DNA of 57,627 nt, counting the filler, from Sphacelaria rigidula (lineage: Eukaryota): assembly GCA_964200075.2 (NCBI GenBank). It is 8 parts of 8 records of this genome, joined end to end, with 100 filler letters (N's around TTAATTAATTAA, not from the genome) between each part and the next. Parts side by side here need not be neighbours in the genome. Positions count along the whole stretch, not along the records: positions 21,649 to 28,764 come from CAXNAA020016410.1; positions 28,865 to 35,980 come from CAXNAA020016411.1; positions 36,081 to 43,196 come from CAXNAA020016412.1; 5 more parts are not named here. The stretch is one strand, 5' to 3'. The number at the start of each line of letters is the position of its first letter. Within the stretch, counting starts at the first letter, position 1. The position numbers and the translations under genes are program-made. The notes beneath the pieces were generated by a model. The model saw only the letters and a program-made list of their open reading frames with translations, did no database searches and was not told the origin of the DNA. Shown piece by piece: positions 25,030 to 37,987 of this stretch.

Positions 25030-26190
25030 ACAGCTCATGAGCTAGCTCATCTACGGGCGGTAGTTCACTTGTAGTGAAACATGTACATGTGAACTACGTC
25101 CGATAGCTCAACACAAGGTAAACGCGCGCTTGTGAGCTACGAGTTGGTAGCTCACCGAGGGCAAACATGCGTAGCTCATGCAGATCTCATAGCTCACCCA
25201 GGGTGAATCTGAGCTGATGAGCTACGGGTTGGTAGCTCACCCAGGGCAAACATGTGCAGGTCATTTAGCTCTCATAGCTCACCCAGAGAAAACACGCGCG
25301 GATGAGCTACGTTCGGTAGCTCGCCCAAGGCAAACATGCGTAGCTCACCTAGCTCTTGTAGCTCACTCCGGGAAAACATGTGTAGCTCACGCACTTCTTA
25401 CAGCTCACCCAGGAAAAACATGTGCGGGTGAGCTACGCTCGATAGCTTACCCAAGGCAAACATGTTGCTGATGTGAGTAAGTGTAATCCCGTCTTCCACA
25501 TCGACCACCTGTTGCGAAGGATCCAGATGCACGGCATCATTTCCGACTGAAGCGCGGCTAGAGCTGCTGCCCCCCGCGGTCGCCATGCACGGCGAACTGT
25601 GTGTGTGTGTGTGGTTGAGTGTATGTGGTGGCTATTTTGCGCATGACTTCTGATGCAGCCATGTCGATTGTTGATCTTCACAAAAAGCAAATCCATCGCT
25701 ACACGACACGGAACAGGTGTATGCACATCTAACCGTTGTCACGTTCGTACAATATCAATGTGCATGAGTATCGGAACAGAAACAACTCCAAGATCGGCGT
25801 AGCTCCCGTAGCTCTCATAGCTCAACCAGGACAAACATGTGTAGCTCATACATCTCTCATAGCTCATCCAGGGCAAACATGTGTAGCTCATGCATCTCTC
25901 ATAGCTCATCCGGGGCAAACATGCGCAGCTCATGAGCTCTCACAGCTAACCCACGGCGAATATGAGCTGATGAGCTACGGGTTGGTAGCTCACCTATCGC
26001 AAACGTGCGTAGCTCATACAGATCCCATAGCTCACGTACGGTAAACGTGCGTAGCTCATACATCTCTCATAGCTCACCCAAGGAAAAACATGCGTAGCTC
26101 ATGTAGCTCTCATAGCGCATTAGGGAGCTACGCTAAAAAAGAGCTAGCTCGAGCAAGAGGGAGCTGATTTGTTCAACGTGTGGACTATTT
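25030..26190. repeat. Degenerate 42-bp minisatellite in two blocks (~25110-25465, ~25797-26120), possibly inside a TIR element
   Basis: Unit GTAGCTCATACATCTCTCATAGCTCATCCAGGGCAAACATGT, visible as 14-aa repeats (VAHTSLIAHPGQTC) in the ORF track. Confidence 0.8.
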
Positions 26191-26452
26191 GCCTTATCCT
26201 TCGGCAACCATGGGCATCTGGAATTTATGAGGCGTATCACTTGGGGATGGGGGGGGGGTATTTCCGAAAGCGTTGATGTCGTAGGCATCGCGCCAGCTCT
26301 TGATGGCGGATACGTCCCGCCATTGCACGTGTCAATTTTCTATCGCTGTGGAGGGCGTTATGATCACTTTTTTTTTCTTCTTGCCTTGATCCGTTGGGTG
26401 TGGTTGCCTACTCTTTCCTGTCTTGGACTCGTCGCCCTCGCAAACCGAGCAG

Positions 26453-26531
26453 GACGCTCCTCGAGTGAAGTTGGACGTTACAAATGTGTCGAGGCACATC
26501 CGAACGCTCATTCCACGGCGGGGAGTTCTGA
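26453..26531 (+). CDS. TSG101: ESCRT-I TSG101/Vps23 UEV domain, exon
   Basis: gagcag|DAPRVKLDVTNVSRHIRTLIPRRGVL-A|gtgagt. Phase 0/1, joins in frame to 26890. Confidence 0.75.
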
Positions 26532-26889
26532 GTGAGTACATTGGAGTATGACGTTACGAACAGCTGGGAGCAGGGTGCTGTAGTGTAGTCAGGAGGGGGC
26601 CAGTACAGTACGCATGTTTCCCCCGCGCGCTGGGCACAACCTTGCATGCTTCTTATTTTATCGGCAAGTAGTATGTTCCGCTGATTCAGGTAGTGGTAGT
26701 GGTAGTACTATTTTCTGTCTTTGCAAGAATGATACGATAGTAGTTCTGCTGTTGTGACGATTTCCGCTTGAGTGTTCGCGTTTGGGGCTGTCTGTGATCC
26801 AATATAATTGCGTACCACAAGCCCTGAACGACGTTGCCCCTGTCTCTGCGTTCGTTGCTCATTCTTCTCGGTGCGGTTTTGTTGCGAAG

Positions 26890-26981
26890 CGCTTAATGGG
26901 GGGCAGCAGCGAGAGTTGATTATGCTGGAGGGGACCGTGGCGACGTTCTTCAGGGGAACCCAGTATAACACTCCCGTGGAG
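26890..26981 (+). CDS. TSG101: TSG101/Vps23 UEV domain, exon
   Basis: gcgaag|(T)LNGGQQRELIMLEGTVATFFRGTQYNTPVE|gtgagc. Matches the UEV GTIPxxYRGxxYNIP motif. Confidence 0.85.
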
Positions 26982-27553
26982 GTGAGCAAAACGTGTAACG
27001 TGCTACCGTATCGTATCGTATCGTATTTTCGTCTTCGAAACGCTTGCGGGTGACTGTGTCACACCTGCCTACTTGAAACCGCAACTTGCACAACGGTGCC
27101 TATTATTACAGATGATAGTATAGTTGCGGGCAAGAAGCGTGGGGAGCTACGCGACCGGTACGTAGGAAGTGCACCCCCGCCCCGATTAGCCACGCGTTGC
27201 GGTCTGTCATCCCTCATGGGTAGTAGAGAAATCTGCTTTGTACCGTGAGTTGAGATGTCTGCAGTTTGTACTCGTGCTTGTCTAACGCTGTTATTGATTC
27301 ATCGCCTGACCCCGCAAACCGTCATCTGGAGTAGCTCCGCGTGTGCGCCATTGTGCAATGTCAGCCTATACGGCACTCTTGTCAATGCCGTCACTCTATG
27401 CATATGATCCAATGTTTTGTTGTGGCCTTTGCAACAGTTCTCCCGCACACGTTCGATGACCCCGCATGCCAGTTTCCACATGGCCATGGAGACTAATGTT
27501 ATTTCTCCATATGTGCGGCACGCTTCGTGTACCATGGCTATTGGATGTTGCAG

Positions 27554-27614
27554 ATCTACATTACGGAGTCGTATCCAGCTGCTCCGCCGACGTGCTACAT
27601 CCGACCAACTCAAG
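27554..27614 (+). CDS. TSG101: TSG101/Vps23 UEV domain, exon
   Basis: ttgcag|IYITESYPAAPPTCYIRPTQ-G|gtgact. UEV YPxxPPxxYVxPT motif. Phase 0/1. Confidence 0.88.
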
Positions 27615-28034
27615 GTGACTTGTAACCGCCTATCCTGTCGTGCACTACTACTTTACTCAGACACACTCAGAATAGACCGAATATGTTCGCCAGAATATTG
27701 CGGTCATGACTCTGATGTAATTGCTGCCGCTTACGTCTTACCCTGCGAGCTGTGCGGCAAGGAGACCAGGTGATTGGCGTAGTTGGCCGTACTACAGTGA
27801 CTGCCTTGTTGATGCCTATCTGTCAACTCCCTGGGGTCAAGCGGGTTCTGTCCGTGGATGACGTCGTCCACGTGCGGAACGATACCTCGTTCTGAGAATG
27901 TGACGAGAGGTCATGAAGAAACTTGAATGTTTGCCATCGAACTTGGGGGTGACCATTCAATCGCTTGGGGATTCAAACGTATCGATCTGCTGTGGCCCAA
28001 TGGTTATGTAAGCATTGTGCTCCTTTTCCCGCAG

Positions 28035-28177
28035 GGATGTCGTTGAAAAAGGGGCACCGGCATGTGGACCAAAGCGGGCTGGTGTACCTGCCATATTTAC
28101 ACGAGTGGCAAGGGAGGACGCACAATCTGGTCGAGCTGTGCGCTCATATGTCCAGTGTCTTCGGAGCAGAGCCTCCG
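28035..28177 (+). CDS. TSG101: TSG101/Vps23 UEV domain, exon (gene presumably continues beyond the contig)
   Basis: ccgcag|(G)MSLKKGHRHVDQSGLVYLPYLHEWQGRTHNLVELCAHMSSVFGAEPP|gtaagc. HVDxxGxVYLPYLHEW is a TSG101 motif. Confidence 0.92.
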
Positions 28178-29059
28178 GTAAGCCATCCTCGCGAGAATAT
28201 CGATGGTTAAATAAAATAGGCTCGTGATGTTTTATTACTGTCAGCAAGCTCAACTTGTAGATGGTGATGTTGGTGGCGTGTGCGTGTTGATGTGTGAAGC
28301 ATGCACTGTTGGTGATAACTCGGGTTGATATGATATGCGGAGGTTGTTGCCGTACGTGCGTTGCGAGTCCTTCGTACCGTCACCACCACTTCCGAGTAAT
28401 TTGCACTACAACTTCAATTCAGACGCGAATGTTGAGAGGACGAAACTTCGGTGCACCTCCGTATCTGGCGGCCCTTTGGCATGTTTCTGTGTTATGTAGG
28501 GTTGTGAATCGGAGCCGATTCACCTGATTCAATCGGACCGATTGAATCGATATCGGAATCGGAAAACGGGGACGACATTTCTTCCGATGTATAGCCGATG
28601 TACAGCCGATAAGAGGCTGTTACTGAAGTGCAGCAGCCTTCTACACCCACGGGAGGGAGCCTCTTCCATACAGGACGCCGTATGCACATAGTTTTCATAG
28701 GTGGGAAGACACACAGAGGCAAACATGACCCTGGGGACGAAAAACACAATATTCGTACAGGAGGNNNNNNNNNNNNNNNNNNNNNNNNNNNNNNNNNNNN
28801 NNNNNNNNTTAATTAATTAANNNNNNNNNNNNNNNNNNNNNNNNNNNNNNNNNNNNNNNNNNNNGTCAAGCCGTGGGATGGTAAAAGAAGTAATAAAAAA
28901 AAAAGGAAATAAAAAAAAATAAAAAAAAAAAAAAAAAAAGGAACAGTAAACAATAGGAACGGGGTTAAAAAAAAAAGAGGGGTCGAACAGAACGACATAG
29001 CAGACTAAGTCGTGAAAAACAAAAGTCACAAAAATTCAACACAAGCAAAGCGCAGAAAG

Positions 29060-29500
29060 AAATGGCCGACCTGAAGCAAGAAAGAGGAAAACAAGAGGAA
29101 AGTACGAATTGAATAAAAAAATACATGGGAACGATGGGGGGGGAAATAAGGAACAAAACAAAAAGCGTAAGGGATTCATGGCAGCAGAGTAGATGCAGAC
29201 ACACAGCAGTGAGCACCACGGAGCCACCGACTAAGGACATAATCAACAACCGATATAAGAGGACAGGATTTTCCGATTGGCAGCCCTCGACGTAGCAGCC
29301 TCTCGCTTGTGACGTTGGTCTGATTCTCGCTTGTCCGCGCGTCGCCACGTGTCCTCAAACTCTTCTGCTCCCTTTTCGACTCCAATTTGCCATTTGCCCA
29401 GGTCCTTCGCCACAGGGACCCAATCGTATGCATCGTTGACTGCTACACCGTAGACGAACCGTGTATAGAACGGAGATAACCCAAATTCGACTGCTGGATA
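29060..29500 (-). mobile_element. Probable LINE 3' remnant (ORF C-terminus plus T-rich 3' region)
   Basis: Peptide DWVPVAKDLGKWQIGVEKGAEEFEDTWRRADKRES resembles the W-rich end of RTE-type LINE ORFs. Recognition only. Confidence 0.45.
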
Positions 29501-30282
29501 CGTTCGCGCAAAGTTATGTAGCAAGGTCGACAAAAAAACGATGCATCACATACCCCGTCCCGACGTGGTGTAAATGCTGATTCATAAGCCACCACAACTA
29601 GCACAAAAGCAATTTCCCGGCGGTATCATCTGGGCGGTTGGGGGGGAGGGGTGTAATAACACATACAGTTGGTATACACGACAATCTACGGCACTCACAC
29701 ACTTCCAAAAGTCGGCCCAAGCATCACCTCTGAACAGCCCGAGCACCAGCTCCGTTACTTCTGAACCGCTCAACCGTCAATCATGTAAGTCGTACTGGGT
29801 ACAGCCCATGTGGAGCTTGGTACAAAAAATACTCACACCCCATATTTACCCCCCTATACGATATGACATCTCTATGACTGCAGTCATGTTTCTTTGGAGA
29901 GGTTAACGATACAAAACTATAAAAATATAATATCGTACCTCGTCTCACAAGGGAATACCGCCAGCGACACCCCTCCCCGCGCGTCCAGACGCCATCCCTC
30001 CAATCGTGGAAGATGTTCCTGGTACAGGGGTTCGGCCTGCCTCGACCCTGTCCACCCTCCCCCCAGCAACCATGGAGCTGGGCGTGGTCAAGCGTTGTTG
30101 ACGAGGTACCACCCCACCGAAGCCGGTGCCCTCTTCAAGCGAGGCGCTCTCTCCACCCAAGAGGGGGGTCTTTCCCGAGGTGAGGATGGCCAGGCTGCGC
30201 GCTTCCTGTTGGAGTTCGGAGGGAACGGCGGCATGGAGGCACCCGGGATTCCTGAGGAGAATAAAACCACTTCGATTTGATT

Positions 30283-30405
30283 GATAAGAGCTGGCTGATA
30301 AGAGTTAGTTGATAGGATTGGGTTGACAGGAGTTGATTGACAGGAGTTGGGTGATGAGAGCTGATTGATAGGAGTTGGCTGACAGGAGTGGGTTTTTAGG
30401 AGTTA
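30283..30405. repeat. 14-bp minisatellite, about 9 copies
   Basis: Units of the form GAYAGGAGTTGRTT. Confidence 0.8.
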
Positions 30406-30957
30406 CAGTAGTTGGCCGTCTAACTAACTGTTCAGGGGTGTTTCGGGCATTTCTTCGCGTACTACCCTTCGATAGAACTCGAAATTGCTAGCGTCGGTAC
30501 GTTTTGGTACAATGAACAGATTATCTTCGAAACACAGTGCCCAAGTCAGTGTCAGTTGGTTTTATCGGGCGAAACGAGTAAAAACCCGTTTATCAGGAGG
30601 GTGTTATTGACCGTGGAACACATTTTTTCGGCCCTAGTGTAGTAAGTAGGCAGAAATCTGAAAAATGAAACTGTACGTTTCTTCACAAATATGATCGGGA
30701 CAGGCTGGATCAACCGAAAATACAGAAGAGCAGGAACCTGGGCTGAAACGTGGCAGGACCCCTTATGACCAGTCAGCCCGTGCGTCATTCAATATTGAGT
30801 ACAGATGTTTTTTTCTTCTTGGAATGTGGAGCGGATACAAATATCTTCAGATCCCCCATGTAATAAGCGATGGTAAGCGAAAAGAGTCTGAGAAAATGCC
30901 AATTACGAAAAAATCACAAAATACCATAAAATGAATAGTTGGACCGCCCATTAAGAA

Positions 30958-30968
30958 GTTGTTGTTGC

Positions 30969-31001
<33 letters not shown>

Positions 31002-31003
31002 AG
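30958..31003. repeat. (GTT)n microsatellite
   Basis: Seen directly. Confidence 0.9.
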
Positions 31004-31624
31004 TTGCGGCTGGCGCGTGCACCGATTAACAAATCGCCCTTCTCCAATGTACGTACGGCTTGTACCTCAAAGACGGGAATACATCCAAGCACTACCATAG
31101 TTTATGCAGTATACTGTAGTCACACCCACTGTATACACATGGGCAAAAAACGAGACTTGCCTACATGACAACGTCTTCCCCAGCGGGCGTGGCCGGGGTC
31201 CGCGTTGGGGTTGGGGTGGGCATAGCCTCAGAGTAATCTCCAAGAAGAGCTGAAGTCCAACCACCAGCAGCCTAGATATTAACAAGAAAGAGATACACAG
31301 GAAGTAACGAAAACAATAGGAAGAGAGTAGCGCGCACCAACAACAGAAAAACAGAGCAGAATAAATCTTGAACAGCAATGAGGAGGATAGAAGAATTAAA
31401 AAAGATGAGGGGAAAAATGAAACGTAATAAAAACGAGAACAAGTGTTTGCAAATATTGCAAAGTATTGCACGAAAAACACAAACATCATCAATATGGAGG
31501 GGGAAAACGTAGATGACAGCAAACAAACAAACAAACAAACAAAACATACACGGAGATCTGGGAAAGAAAAGGCGAGACCCGAACGACCATTCATTCTTTG
31601 CAAAAGAGAAGGCAAGAACCCATC

Positions 31625-31652
31625 TATATATATATATATATATATATATATA
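31625..31652. repeat. (TA)n microsatellite
   Basis: Seen directly. Confidence 0.9.
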
Positions 31653-33054
31653 AGTACATCGTGACAAAAAGGAAGCAACGGAAGAAGTAAAAAACAATAG
31701 AACGACAGAAGGAGCCAGTCTGATGCAAGTATGAAGAAACCTCACGACGAGCATCTTTTGGCAAACGGATATCTTTCCCTACACGTCTATTTTGAAGGGG
31801 GAAAAAAGCAGGCATGAAAACAGGTTCGGAAACAAAGCCGCCACACAGGAGAAAATGCAGCCAAGACGTGAGAACCCAAATCATGGAGCACGACAACAAT
31901 CAAACGACGAAGACTAGAAATGAGTAATAGCAACCAACAACAACGACTCACAACGACGAAAAGTAGGGAAACCACTGTCGGTGTTAGTACGCGACACTCA
32001 CGTGTGCTTGCGCCTGGGCGGTCATCTTCACCAGCTCCTCCAGTTCAGCGTCCGACACCCGGGGCGCAGGGATGTTCAGCTCGGTCCTGCCACGCACAAC
32101 AAGAACACGCCATATTCCAAGCACTCGATCATAAATGTCATCCGACACGACCATGGATCGACATGTCAAACATCGACACCTGGAGCGCGGGGAGGCTCAG
32201 CTCAGTCGTAACTGTTCCTGCATACCCCATCTCGGTAAACACGTTGTTTCCGATTTTGCACAAAAGAAGGCTACATCGAATGACACACTGTAGCGGCGGC
32301 GGGGTAACTTGGCGGTGGAACATGACTCAAGGATTTCGTACATGTAACAGTACGTTTTTCAAGAACGAAAAGAGGATCCCGTTCAGGTGTACCTGAGTAC
32401 TTTATTGGGACACTCTTAAGGGTATATTGGGTACTGTAGAGTAAACACCCCAGTCATTCACTCTCCCGAATTTTGTGTCGCGACTTCCAAACTCTACCCG
32501 AATATTTTGGGTAGAGGTACGTACGATCGCAATATTCTGCCCAACTGATGCCACGGTAGGGGTTGCACTTTTTCAGCGAAAAGGTTTCTGGTGGCTGCTT
32601 GGGGTGTTGGACGGGTCATTTTGTGAATCGGCGTCACTATTACTTGAAAAAGATTGAAAATGATGCCGATTCATGAAAATGCCCCTGCGTGCAGACACCA
32701 TGTTTCTGGGAGTCCGATCCCCAGAGATTTGGGTCGCGCAGTGAGCCCCATACATTTGTGCTCCTATAAGAAGGGGAGCCCCAGAAACGAAAAGTATTAC
32801 CCCTACCGTAGCATTGCTCGTCCGATATCCGGGTATTGCTGAGTACGATCTTCGTACTCTACCCGAGGTTTGAGTTCTTAGGGTGCAATCTTTCAAATAC
32901 TCAAAAATAATAAATAACCCATCCAACACAGCTCCGGTATCTGATCGAGATGAGGAGGGGCGTATGGCCATAAAAAATGGAACCACACTCTCCAGTTTTC
33001 ATTTTGGCACAAGATGAGGGCAGAACCAGCAGCTTCCACATTCGTGACTGCACC

Positions 33055-33393
33055 GACAACCCTCATCTATTTTGGATGCCAGTTAACACCTTTCGGAATA
33101 TGTGGGTGAATCAGCCGGGATCGCATCACCGGAGTTTATTTTCATTCTTCATTTGTTTTAGCACTCCGCCTTCCTTCTGCGGCGCTTGCCTTATTTTTTT
33201 ACGCGGAAAGAGTTCGGCAGCCCCTTTCCCTCGTCGACCGTGAGGTCGAACTTTTGTGTACCCACGACGCGGTCGCTCGTCATTGTTGGGCATGGTGTGA
33301 GAAAAAAACTCCCAGGTCGTGCGACTTCACCGTGACTAGTACCTACGCCCCAACCTTCAGAAGGGTTCGAGGTCGCCAACTGAGCCACCGAGG
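33055..33393 (-). mobile_element. tRNA-derived SINE, near full length, diverged
   Basis: Head CGGTGGCTCAGTTGG (A box; B box decayed). Body shared with 16350-16515 and 7217-7446. Confidence 0.75.
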
Positions 33394-33449
33394 CTAGTTA
33401 ACCAGCGTTAGGCAACGAATGTCGATGGCTGACACAATTTACAAGGATC

Positions 33450-33670
33450 GCTACCCCTAACCCCTAACCCCAACCCAACGCATACCGAGAACCCTCGGGT
33501 AAGGGCGGTACATAGCATTCCCAAGGCAAAGTGCGGCCTTGGCAGACCTCAAATCGGCGCCTGTGGCGCCGATTTCAACGAAAACGCGTTCTGCGCCCGC
33601 GAGGAGCACACGGGACTGTGAGCCATACTAAAGATCCGGTTCTCGTTGTACACACTAAAATCAAGTAACG
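33450..33670 (+). mobile_element. MITE family B copy (partial)
   Basis: CCCCTAACCCCTAACCCCAACCC...CCGAGAACCCTCGGG...AAATCAAGTAAC. Confidence 0.65.
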
Positions 33671-34224
33671 TGTCAACCATGAACATTTGTAGCCCAACGC
33701 CGGCTAACTTTACTGGAGCCACCAGGGCGACCGGGCACCTGAGATACTTGAATGCTAACTTAGCAAAACTTGTGGCTGGACTCTGGCAATTCCATTGCAT
33801 ACATACTCTAAAAAAAGAGAAGGGATGGAGAGAGGGCAGAGAGGCACACGCCTCCATAATTATCACAAGTCTTCTTTACCTTCATTCACGTTTCACCTCC
33901 TGCGGATGGGCAGCGGATCGTTCCGAGCATTGACGGCCAGAATCTGCTAGGGCAAGTTGGCCTTCATCATTTCCTAACTTTTGCCTCGTCCTTTTTGCGG
34001 GACATGTCTTCCTCCTCGCCCCTCCTCTTCTCAAGACTCTGGAGCTACATGAGCCAAGAGGACCGGTGATTGAAAAGAAAGCAACACCAATGGATGATGA
34101 CAGTGGCAGGATGGTGGACATCAACAACAAGAAACGTCATGAATGCGAGCACAACGACAGCAGCGGTGACAGCAATAACAGCGACGACTATCCGCACGAT
34201 AGAAATAAAATCAGGATAACGAAT

Positions 34225-34510
34225 AGTGATGTCGCGATAGCCCTCCGCTCACCCCCCCCAACACACACACATACACACACACACACACAAAATGGCTGGT
34301 TCAAGGGGGTAAAATGAACACGCGATTAGAAATGACAAAAGCCGAGCACACGGAGCAGCTGGGAATTTCCACACTTGAGGTCATTCTCGCCACTGTCGCC
34401 CATATGAAGTGCTTCATGAAGCCTGAAACCAGCTATTATGCACCGTATGGCTATTTACTTCGCGACCGTTTTGGGGCAGGTTCGGGGAGGGCGGGGGTAT
34501 CGCGGCATTA
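34225..34510 (-). mobile_element. MITE family C, diverged copy
   Basis: Imperfect TIR ATGTCGCGATAGCCC / GGGTATCGCGGCAT. Body similar to 22278-22525. Confidence 0.6.
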
Positions 34511-35636
34511 ATCATCAGTGTACTGATTTGGATCATGAGCTCGCTCATTTGGCCTCCTTTTTCCCATCATTGCTCCTTACCGCGCTGGACGCCGAGCACC
34601 CGGAGTAGCACAAAGGTATGACGTTTTGGCTTCTGTGACCCCGCTGTCACGTATTTCGCGTCCTTGGACATCTGATCTGAGGGTCTTCTTCGATTAACTG
34701 TTTCGGGTAGCTCATGAGCTGTTCGACGCGCGCACTTCCGTCTATTGCCCAACATAATAATCTCGCATGCTTTGGGTCTTAGAGTACGTACTTGGTGGAG
34801 AAGCTCGGGTCCTCTCTGGCGCGCTTGGCCATCTCATTTTCACCCGACACGTCGTAAAAACCCGCAGGAGCGTTCCTCTGGAAGGGGGTTTCTTTGCCGT
34901 AGTCGATGCACTTGCGGCGCTTTCGGTTCGCCATCTTCAAGCACACACGTACAACCGCGATAAACACGGTACAAGAAATATAATAAAAAAACAATTGGGT
35001 CAGGGTTTTGACTACCCGGCATGGAATACGACCAAGTTGGGTCACTCACCTTCATCTCGACATTGATTTGATTCATTTGATTGAGTGATCGATTGATTGT
35101 CGCACATCACTTGATCCCCAACGGACGCAGTCGTGCTCATTACCCAGAACATGAACGTATCCAAGGTATAGACAAAACGGAAACTCTCGCAAAAACAAAT
35201 GGACATATATAGAAACAAATAAAAGAAGTGAGCTGGAAAACGAAAACGAAAACGAAAACGGAAACGGAAACATGAAGCAAAAACAGAACGTAAGTGGCCA
35301 ACCCTGGCTGTCAAAACTAAAAGTTCTCCGCAGAGGCAATATCGACTGATCATTTCAGGGCTGCCTCCTGGTACAATCCATTTCATTATCGATTCATTGA
35401 TTTTGATTTGTCGATTTGCTCATTACCGTCGCACGTGGACTGACCCTGTGTATCACAAACAAAATTGCAAGGGCAAGCCGAGTAGGGTACACCCGATCTT
35501 GTGGCATATTGGAAAGTGGAAATCCGTCCCATGCCCACAGCAGCAGCCAGCCACTCAGTACCGCTGTTCCCCTCTCTGATTGATTGATTGATTGATTGAT
35601 TGTCGCACTTCAACCCTATAGAGCCTACATTTGTCA

Positions 35637-35900
<264 letters not shown>

Positions 35901-36377
35901 CTATTGGCCTCGGGGGGGGGGGGAGGACGCATGACCATGTTGTCCACATGAGTTCGAACATTAGACGCGCAAGCCCTCAANNNNNNNNNNNNNNNNNNNN
36001 NNNNNNNNNNNNNNNNNNNNNNNNTTAATTAATTAANNNNNNNNNNNNNNNNNNNNNNNNNNNNNNNNNNNNNNNNNNNNACCCCCCCTCACCCCCCATC
36101 GCCCCTCCTCTCCCGCCGGTCTTTGTTTTTGCCATCCTCACTAGGTAGGTGTGCGGGATATCGTTCTTCGTGTACCCCCAAGTACGATGTGGGAAGAATG
36201 AACGAGTTTCAGGTTCGTGCAGAGTATCAATAGTGTCCATGAGCGCCTATTCGATTCGGTCGTCCTTCCACTCCACTTCCGGCGCCGACCCCTACCGTGA
36301 GAGAAGATGCTGAAGGTTTTGCCACCAAAATGAGATACATCATGCCAAGAGGGTGATAGTGACGGTTTTCAACTCCG

Positions 36378-37077
36378 AACAGCCTGGATTCGTTTTTGAG
36401 GTTCAACATTTGGGTGGGGTTCAACGGACCATCGAAATTTCATCTTTTTTGTTCAAAAGGCTCGGGATGCGCAACCGGTTTCGACCATGTGCCTCTAACC
36501 CAGAAGGTTCTGCACTGCAGCGAAAGCATAATGATGAGCAGTCCAACAGGAAAACCGCCACCATTCATTGTGCGGCATCTTTTGAGTAACCTCTGCGTCT
36601 AAGCGCTACGGAACACGTAACAAAGCATGCTGAAAACAGTCTTCTTTGGACTAGTTTTCTAAAAAAAACAGACTGCTGAAGGATGCTGCGTTTCAAAGAT
36701 CGTTGGCGTCTGCCGCCGCATTGGATCGTTTCGCTGACGGCGGTCGTCGCCGGCGCAACAATATGAAGTCTCTCCTGGATACTCGACAAGAGGCACTCGA
36801 AACCTCGATGACCAGTCCAAAGACGTATGTTTTCAGCATGCTTTGTAATGTGTTCCGTAGCGCTTAGACGCAGAGGTTGCCCAAATGATGCCACATAATG
36901 AATGACGGCGGTTAGTCTGTTAGGCTGTTCATCACCTTGCTTTCGCTGCCGTGCAGAAACTTCTGGGCATGGTCGAAACCGGTTGCGAATCCCGAGCCTT
37001 TTGAACAAAAAACGAAATTTCGATGGTTTGTTGAACCTCACCCAAATGCTGAACCTCAAAAACGAATCCAGGCTGTT
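36378..37077. repeat. Long inverted repeat of family F termini (~280-bp arms, ~155-bp spacer)
   Basis: AACAGCCTGGATTCGTTTTTGAGGTTCA ... TGAACCTCAAAAACGAATCCAGGCTGTT. The same terminus occurs at 57232. Confidence 0.8.
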
Positions 37078-37739
37078 TACTGAAATGTATGGGTCCCTTT
37101 GCATTTTAAGGACCCCGATTTGGACAAAGAACGGCCGATCATCGAAATTGAGGGTGGCGTTTTTCATTGTGGATGAGAACCCGGCACACGCAGCCACTCG
37201 GCTCCTCTTTGAAAATCCTCTATCGTGAGTTTTCATCTTCAGGAGGAAAAAATGGCCCTCCGGAGGATGAAATACCCTCTGGTGGTTCATGATACCGCTG
37301 GAGTGAATAATAAACAAAGTGGTCGGAGGGCACACCATTCCCTTGAGTACATACTTTAACTGAGGGTGCCTCTGGGATAATCTGGGGAAAAAATAATCTC
37401 TAGGGTGTGTCTTTACCTCTGGAGTTGACACTTGTGTCCTAACCGCCTCCAGGTCACCTTTGGGACCCCGGCATTCTTGTATAGTATGGACCATTACCCA
37501 AGGTATGTATCACCCACCGATCACATGCAAACACCACAGCACTTATCCCTAGCTACCACCACAACCCTGAAGCAAAGAGTACGAGTTGGGCACAGGGATA
37601 TAGATACACATCGCCGTGGTTGGGTATGTATGTATGTCTTGTTGGTGGAAACTTGAGCATCTTCTTTCATGGTCGCGGCATCGCACGGCGACGGAACCAC
37701 GCGGGGAACAGGGTGGGGAATATCCGGCTGATTGCACAC

Positions 37740-37987
37740 TGTGACGAAACTACGCCGTTACGTTGAGTGGGTAGTGATGATATGGAAAATGACCGTAGGA
37801 AGTGATGATCTGGTTAATGGCGGGGGACACGGGGATGATACCCTGGCGTGTCTAGGAGGCTGTGCCTAGGAGGGCACTCGTGAAGACGAGAATGTTGAAG
37901 ATGCTGACAACTGAAACTGAGGCCAGCAAGACTGGGGAGTCCTTCAACAGCAGTGATCCACCAGTTCCTCTTCTTGCTGGCGTCACA
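37740..37987 (+). repeat. 5' LTR
   Basis: Direct repeat of 42359-42577, with an extra ~30-bp internal duplication. Confidence 0.88.

Noticed and set aside
25211..25240. Hammerhead ribozyme (CTGATGA plus stem)
   Set aside because: The stem GCTAC/GTAGC is followed by TCAC, not GAAA. Other CTGATGA sites (~8976, ~18529) also lack the core.
25110..26120. CRISPR-like regular repeats
   Set aside because: The units are contiguous and degenerate with no unique spacers, there are no cas genes, and the context is eukaryotic.
36565..37494. 309-aa minus-strand ORF
   Set aside because: It runs through non-coding family F repeat arms and has no recognisable domain or splice context.
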